Source: Savitreella phatthalungensis
Taxonomy: Eukaryota
DNA length: 64,000 nt
NCBI GenBank assembly: GCA_051599415.1
Contig: AP039696.1
Coordinates: 186,001-250,000 of the forward strand
Direction of reading: 5' to 3'
Below, one piece after another: positions 60,248 to 64,000 of the stretch. The position numbers were made by a program, and so were the translations under genes. The first letter of the stretch is position 1. Every line of letters starts with the position of its first letter. The notes under the pieces are model-generated. The model did no database searches, was not told the origin of the DNA, and saw only the letters and a program-made list of their open reading frames with translations.

Positions 60248-62554
60248 ATGCCGTCCGACAAGTGGGTCGCTCCAGCAGGGACACGGTTGAAACGAGTCTG
60301 CATCGCCAACCGTGGTGAGATCGTCTCTCGGATCATTCGTACTTGCAAACACCTCAACGTGACTTCGATCGCCCTCTACACCCGACAGGATGCCAGCTCC
60401 TCCTTCTGGCGAGAAGCCGATGAGGCACTCTGCGTCGGCGACATGGACCAGGGCAACCCGTACGTGAGTGTGGATCGCATGGTTGCCGCCTGCAAGGCCG
60501 CACGTGCTGATGCAGTCCACCCTGGCTACGGCTATTTGAGTGAGAATGCTGGCTTCGCCAAGGCTGTGATCGACGCTGGACTCACATGGATCGGACCCCT
60601 CCCAGAAACAATCGATATTCTCGGTGACAAGGCACGGTGCAAGGCCTTCCTTTCCCAGAACGCAAAACACGTTCCACTCGTACCAGGAGTCACCTCCACC
60701 GACCAAAATGACGACAAGCTCGCACAGTCGGCACAACAGGTGGGCTTCCCAATCCTGCTCAAGGCTGCTGCTGGCGGTGGCGGCAAGGGCATGCGCATCG
60801 TCAACGAGATGTCTGAGTTCCTGCCGTCGCTACAGATGGCGCGGGGCGAATCCCTTCGCAACTTCGGCTCCGCTGAGGTCCTGGTCGAGAAGTATGTGGC
60901 TCGCGGAAAGCACGTGGAGGTCCAAGTGTTTCGTGATGCACACGGGAATGCCGTTTACTTTGGTGACCGCGACTGCTCTGTCCAGCGTCGCCACCAGAAG
61001 GTGATCGAGGAAAGTCCTGCAGTCGTTTCACAGAAGCTCAAGGACACGATGCGGGAGGCTGCCCTCGAGATTTGTCGGATAACGGGATACAGAAGTGCAG
61101 GAACTGTCGAATTCATCGTCGACGTGGACGACGAACGAGCATACTTCCTCGAGGTCAACACGCGCATCCAGGTAGAACACCCAATCACCGAGGAAGTCTG
61201 GGGAATCGACCTCGTCGCTCTCCAGCTACATGTCGCCGCAGGCGGCTCCCTTAAAGACGTCCCTTCCCTCACACCCCGCGGACACGCCGTCCAGTGCCGA
61301 CTATATGCAGAGTCGCCGCGCGACAATTTCCTGCCGCAGCGCGGTCCGGTGACAATGTTCCGGGCTTGCGCGCTTGAAAACACTCGGTATGAGTCCAGTG
61401 TACAGACTGGAGATGCCGTGTCAATCTACTTTGATCCTATGATCGCCAAGATCATTGTCAAGGCGGTCGACCGCGAGAGCGCGTGCGCCTTGGCCAAACG
61501 CGTCGTCAGCAATACCGTCTGCCTCGGTCTTCTCACAAACCAGCAGTTCCTCGTCGATTGTCTGGACATTCCATCGTTCCGGGACGCGTCGTACACGACT
61601 GCTTTCGTCGGCGAAAACCTCGAGGCATTGACAAAACCCGCTGACATTGAACACGGCGCGCTCCTGGCGAGCGTCATTGCACGAAGTACGCTGACCGGGC
61701 AGTCCGGTCCAAATCAGGAACGCTCTCGACTCGTTCCAGCTCAATCAGAAGTAATCACAGGGCCCTTGGGAGGCTCATTCCTGGTACGGCGATCTGCCGA
61801 ACGATCTGACGATGCCGATCACTACGGCCTGAGTGCGACAGCGCTCGCGAACACTGCCGACACGGACGGTGTGCGAGCGAAGACGGTGCGCGAGGATCCC
61901 GTTGCGCTTAACAAGGTCGGTGGCGTGTTAGCAAAGGACTACTACGATGCCGTCAGGACTCCTCCTGGACCTTCCCACTACATCCACATCCACGACCGCC
62001 ACACCCACGTCCTCCACCCGCGCACCGACACGCCACACACAGCAGCCGACGTCCACGCAGGCTTCGCAGTCACACTCAGACTCGCAATCACACCATCTTC
62101 GAACCTACCACCACAAATCCACCACGTCATCGCCACCGTTCACCGACAGCACGATAACCCAGGCGGCGTGGGTCCAGCGACCGTCGTCCACATCCACGGG
62201 TTTGGAACGTTTGTACGGCGGTCAGTGCTTGGATGGTTTGGTCGGCTTGATCGGGCTGGGTCGCTTGAGGAGCTGAGTGAGATGGTTGGTGGTGTGGATG
62301 GGAGTGCTGGAGGTGTTGGTGGGAATGTTGTTGGTGGAGCGAAAGTGAAGGCACCGATGCCGGGCAAAGTCGTGCGGATCGAGGCTGCCGACGGTGTCTC
62401 AGTCGATCGAGGAGCTGGCATCGTCGTCATAGAATCCATGAAGACCGAAGTCAGACTCGTCGCACCCATCAACGGACAAGTCCAGATCCTCGTGCGCGAA
62501 GGCGAAGCTGTCGAGGAAGGTAAACTCCTAGCACTCGTGAGACCGGCATCATAA
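60248..62554 (+). CDS. Biotin-dependent acyl-CoA carboxylase alpha subunit (biotin carboxylase + BCCP)
   Basis: IANRGEI, HPGYGYLSEN, KAAAGGGGKGMR, RDCSVQRRHQKVIEESP, FLEVNTRIQVEHPITE, biotinyl domain APMPGKV...ESMKTE. Confidence 0.93.
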   Translation: MPSDKWVAPAGTRLKRVCIANRGEIVSRIIRTCKHLNVTSIALYTRQDASSSFWREADEALCVGDMDQGNPYVSVDRMVAACKAARADAVHPGYGYLSENAGFAKAVIDAGLTWIGPLPETIDILGDKARCKAFLSQNAKHVPLVPGVTSTDQNDDKLAQSAQQVGFPILLKAAAGGGGKGMRIVNEMSEFLPSLQMARGESLRNFGSAEVLVEKYVARGKHVEVQVFRDAHGNAVYFGDRDCSVQRRHQKVIEESPAVVSQKLKDTMREAALEICRITGYRSAGTVEFIVDVDDERAYFLEVNTRIQVEHPITEEVWGIDLVALQLHVAAGGSLKDVPSLTPRGHAVQCRLYAESPRDNFLPQRGPVTMFRACALENTRYESSVQTGDAVSIYFDPMIAKIIVKAVDRESACALAKRVVSNTVCLGLLTNQQFLVDCLDIPSFRDASYTTAFVGENLEALTKPADIEHGALLASVIARSTLTGQSGPNQERSRLVPAQSEVITGPLGGSFLVRRSAERSDDADHYGLSATALANTADTDGVRAKTVREDPVALNKVGGVLAKDYYDAVRTPPGPSHYIHIHDRHTHVLHPRTDTPHTAADVHAGFAVTLRLAITPSSNLPPQIHHVIATVHRQHDNPGGVGPATVVHIHGFGTFVRRSVLGWFGRLDRAGSLEELSEMVGGVDGSAGGVGGNVVGGAKVKAPMPGKVVRIEAADGVSVDRGAGIVVIESMKTEVRLVAPINGQVQILVREGEAVEEGKLLALVRPAS

Positions 62555-62598
62555 AGGAAGGGAGAAAGTAAACATATATTCATTTGATTGTTTAGTAG

Positions 62599-63762
62599 TT
62601 ACATTCGCCGCTGGCGTGAGCTCAGGTTGTCGAGGCGGTATTGACGGAGGTCGCTGGTGTAGTCTAGCTTGTCGTACTCGAATTCCCATGCTGGAAGCCT
62701 TACGACTGTGCAGGTAGCGTTGTCGTCTGTGCCGAGGGTTTCTGCCATTCTGACGACGTTTTCTGCGGCCATGGCTGGGGTTGCGTGGCCTGCTGCTGGC
62801 GGACAGAATTTGACGAGGTCGCAGATCTCCTGGTCGGACAACACGCCCGTCACCCCGTCGCTCACCATGCACATGAACGAGTAGGAGTGGGCGTCGCAAT
62901 CGACAACGGCAAGCTGTGGCTCAGCACTCACACCGACCTTCTTCATTGGCGCGTCACCAAACGCCCGCGTATTCGCAAAAGATCCAAACCGCTCACTCCC
63001 GAACGAGTCGACGGAGAAGGCTGTGGTGTAGCGTCGTAGACGCTCTGCCTCTGCCGGCGACGATGGGTGGTGGTTGGTGGTGAGGGCTTCGGCGAGACCG
63101 CCGCGGTCGGTTGAGCAGAGGATGATGCGGGTGTCGCCGACGTGTGCGGAGGTGATTGTGTAGTTTGTCGACTGCCAGAACGGCCTGCCGTCGTGTGACT
63201 GGACGAGGGCGATCGAGGCGACCGCGCCGGAAGGTTGGCCTGTGCGGACGTACGCTAGGTCTGTCTGGAGGAATGCTGAGGTGAGTCGTGCCTCGAGTGT
63301 CAGCTGGTTGGTGTTGTCCGGGTCGAGTCCGCCGATGTAGTCCTGCAGGACCGATGGCCTGAACCGCTGGAAGTACCCGCCCACCTCCTTCCGCCACGCG
63401 CTCACCATCTTTGCCACCTCCCGAGACCGCATACCCTCGATGTGGTCGTGCAGGTGGTCACGCACGTACTCCGCGCATCCCGCGCCCCCGTGCCCGTCGA
63501 TCATCGCAAAGTAGAAGATCGTCGAGCTAGCGTCGAGACGATTCGCCAGCTTGTTCAGCACACCGACCTGGTATCGGTCCTCGTTCGTCGGCCGATCGCC
63601 ACGCGATGAATAGATACCAAGGTGCGCTTTCGCCTTCGCAATCGGGATCCGGACCTCGGGCCGGTCGGCTGGGGTATAGTAGTCATGGAATCGTCGACGG
63701 ATTGATTGGCTTGGTGAATGCCGATAAGACCGCTGTGAGGCATTGATAGCGCGTGGCAGCAT
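62599..63762 (-). CDS. PTC6: Mitochondrial PP2C phosphatase, Ptc6/Aup1-like
   Basis: RGDRPTNEDRY, DGHGG, W..EVGGYF.RF, AHVGDTR, ANTRAFGD, VSDG, TDDNAT; Arg-rich presequence. Confidence 0.85.
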   Translation of the reverse strand: MLPRAINASQRSYRHSPSQSIRRRFHDYYTPADRPEVRIPIAKAKAHLGIYSSRGDRPTNEDRYQVGVLNKLANRLDASSTIFYFAMIDGHGGAGCAEYVRDHLHDHIEGMRSREVAKMVSAWRKEVGGYFQRFRPSVLQDYIGGLDPDNTNQLTLEARLTSAFLQTDLAYVRTGQPSGAVASIALVQSHDGRPFWQSTNYTITSAHVGDTRIILCSTDRGGLAEALTTNHHPSSPAEAERLRRYTTAFSVDSFGSERFGSFANTRAFGDAPMKKVGVSAEPQLAVVDCDAHSYSFMCMVSDGVTGVLSDQEICDLVKFCPPAAGHATPAMAAENVVRMAETLGTDDNATCTVVRLPAWEFEYDKLDYTSDLRQYRLDNLSSRQRRM

Positions 63763-64000
63763 CGTTCTCCTCCACGGCAGTGACCGAATGGTGGCGGGCG
63801 ATCTTTTGAGGATGACCTCAGATTGTTGGCTCGTCTCAAATAGAAGTACGAATGGCCTTCAGGAGGCTACCAACCGGGCTTGAGTCATAGCGATGCTGGG
63901 GACGGTCATCAAATCGAGTCAGATGAGATGCGACTGAGTCAACGTTTGTTCAGAGGTGAAGATGATGACTGAGCAGTGTGTTGTCTACCCAAGCCTACTA

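Overview
Gene-dense, GC-rich and almost intron-free fungal (ascomycete) DNA. A yeast-like Taphrinomycotina origin is my inference, not verified. About 28 host protein-coding genes are recognisable, including NDUFAF5, FRS1, HUT1, a Rad5/HLTF-type HIRAN-SNF2-RING helicase, a GH45-B endoglucanase, ALG14, RPS3, NOC4, TPC1, RIB3, a mucin-like sensor, NADP-GDH (the only intron I could see), a PAS hybrid histidine kinase and PTC6. There is one full-length, very young Ty1/copia element at 14507-19589 with identical 121-bp LTRs and a TTTTA target-site duplication. Three signals stand out. (1) A loosely clustered set of acyl-CoA ligase, acyl-CoA dehydrogenase and both subunits of an AtuC/AccD2-type biotin carboxylase; three of the four carry peroxisomal-type signals and none has an evident mitochondrial presequence, making it a candidate peroxisomal beta-methyl-branched/terpenoid acid catabolic pathway. 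(2) The copia primer-binding site matches the anticodon half of ELONGATOR tRNA-Met. (3) An unannotated ~200-nt nested-helix structure lies at ~56340-56540. All family assignments come from motif recognition only; no searches were run.
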